Assembly: GCF_001194135.2 (NCBI RefSeq)
Contig: NC_068984.1
Location: 15,712,570-15,776,569 of the forward strand
Source: Octopus bimaculoides
Lineage: Eukaryota
Length of the DNA: 64,000 nt
Direction: 5' to 3'
Shown: positions 62,821 to 64,000 of the stretch, piece after piece
Layout: every line of letters starts with the position of its first letter
Numbering within the stretch: position 1 is the first letter of the stretch
Program-made: the position numbers and the translations under genes
The notes under the pieces: generated by a model
Told to the model about the DNA's origin: nothing
Seen by the model: only the letters and a program-made list of their open reading frames with translations
Database searches by the model: none

Positions 62821-64000
62821 CTACTCCAATTCGAAGTACGCCATCCAACCGGGCGGGCGCCCTACACGTCGAGATCTTCTCAAGCTAGGTGGCTCGTTTC
62901 CATCGCAATCTNNNNNNNNNNNNNNNNNNNNNNNNNNNNNNNNNNNNNNNNNNNNNNNNNNNNNNNNNNNNNNNNNNNNNNNNNNNNNNNNNNNNNNNNN
63001 NNNNNNNNNNNNNNNNNNNNNNNNNNNNNNNNNNNNNNNNNNNNNNNNNNNNNNNNNNNNNNNNNNNNNNNNNNNNNNNNNNNNNNNNNNNNNNNNNNNN
63101 NNNNNNNNNNNNNNNNNNNNNNNNNNNNNNNNNNNNNNNNNNNNNNNNNNNNNNNNNNNNNNNNNNNNNNNNNNNNNNNNNNNNNNNNNNNNNNNNNNNN
63201 NNNNNNNNNNNNNNNNNNNNNNNNNNNNNNNNNNNNNNNNNNNNNNNNNNNNNNNNNNNNNNNNNNNNNNNNNNNNNNNNNNNNNNNNNNNNNNNNNNNN
63301 NNNNNNNNNNNNNNNNNNNNNNNNNNNNNNNNNNNNNNNNNNNNNNNNNNNNNNNNNNNNNNNNNNNNNNNNNNNNNNNNNNNNNNNNNNNNNNNNNNNN
63401 NNNNNNNNNNNNNNNNNNNNNNNNNNNNNNNNNNNNNNNNNNNNNNNNNNNNNNNNNNNNNNNNNNNNNNNNNNNNNNNNNNNNNNNNNNNNNNNNNNNN
63501 NNNNNNNNNNNNNNNNNNNNNNNNNNNNNNNNNNNNNNNNNNNNNNNNNNNNNNNNNNNNNNNNNCATGCAATGCGCAACCAACGAGCGATCGGATAGTG
63601 TCCGATCAACTTCCCACAAACTGAGAACAACTCTCTCCTGCTGACGCTGGAACTCAGCTCTGGGATCTCGTTTCCTCTCCGGAACACCAGCTCGCCCGAT
63701 CTGTCTTTTTGTAGCTTCAGCCCCAGCGCAGCTCCCCCCACCATTGACTCAGGTGGCTTCGCAATCAGCCCGAACTTCTCCAGGTGTCTCACTACCTTGG
63801 TGGCTGGCACTACAGTCTCGTCAACCAAAATGTCGTCGATGTAGGAACTGGTGGCCTTCCTTATTCTCTCCTCTTTCCCTAGGACGGACTTGAGCACCAT
63901 CGCCATAATTTTCGGAGCGGAATTCAGCCCGAAACCCAGCCTGGTTAAACAGTACGTCCGGCCCTTGTACCGCACCAGCTGGTATCACCACAGCTTGTCA
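62821..64000 (-). mobile_element. Ty3/Gypsy-type LTR retrotransposon pol (RT fragment and C-terminal tail), interrupted by an N-gap
   Basis: RLGFGLNSAPKIM...SYIDDILV RT motifs; tail LRRSRRVGRPPGW*; in-frame TGA at 63985-63987. Confidence 0.8.

Overview
AT-rich, repeat-dense animal genomic DNA with five N-gaps. The SINE families, RTE tails and microsatellites look like an octopus/coleoid cephalopod draft assembly (inference). I could hand-splice one + strand gene from 11 coding exons (20770-41308). All are GT-AG, all phases match, and they give about 517 aa with the start exon not located. The product is a coiled-coil protein whose motif order resembles fungal Bfr1 / plant proton-pump-interactor proteins, followed by an acidic tail. 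A probable start-codon exon of a second + strand gene lies at 59391-59447. The rest is mostly mobile DNA: several tRNA-derived SINE families, RTE and CR1/L2-type LINE remnants, TTAA and TA MITEs, Tigger and hAT remnants, a solo LTR and a Gypsy-type pol with its 3' LTR. The most unusual items are: three minimal hammerhead-ribozyme motifs at 48.8-50.3 kb carried by a small tRNA-headed element; a 120-bp tandem duplication of a 5' splice site; a 242-bp intronic hairpin; and a CpG-rich 647-bp element bounded by 36-bp direct repeats. Almost all ORFs in the supplied track are repeat-derived or span N-gaps.
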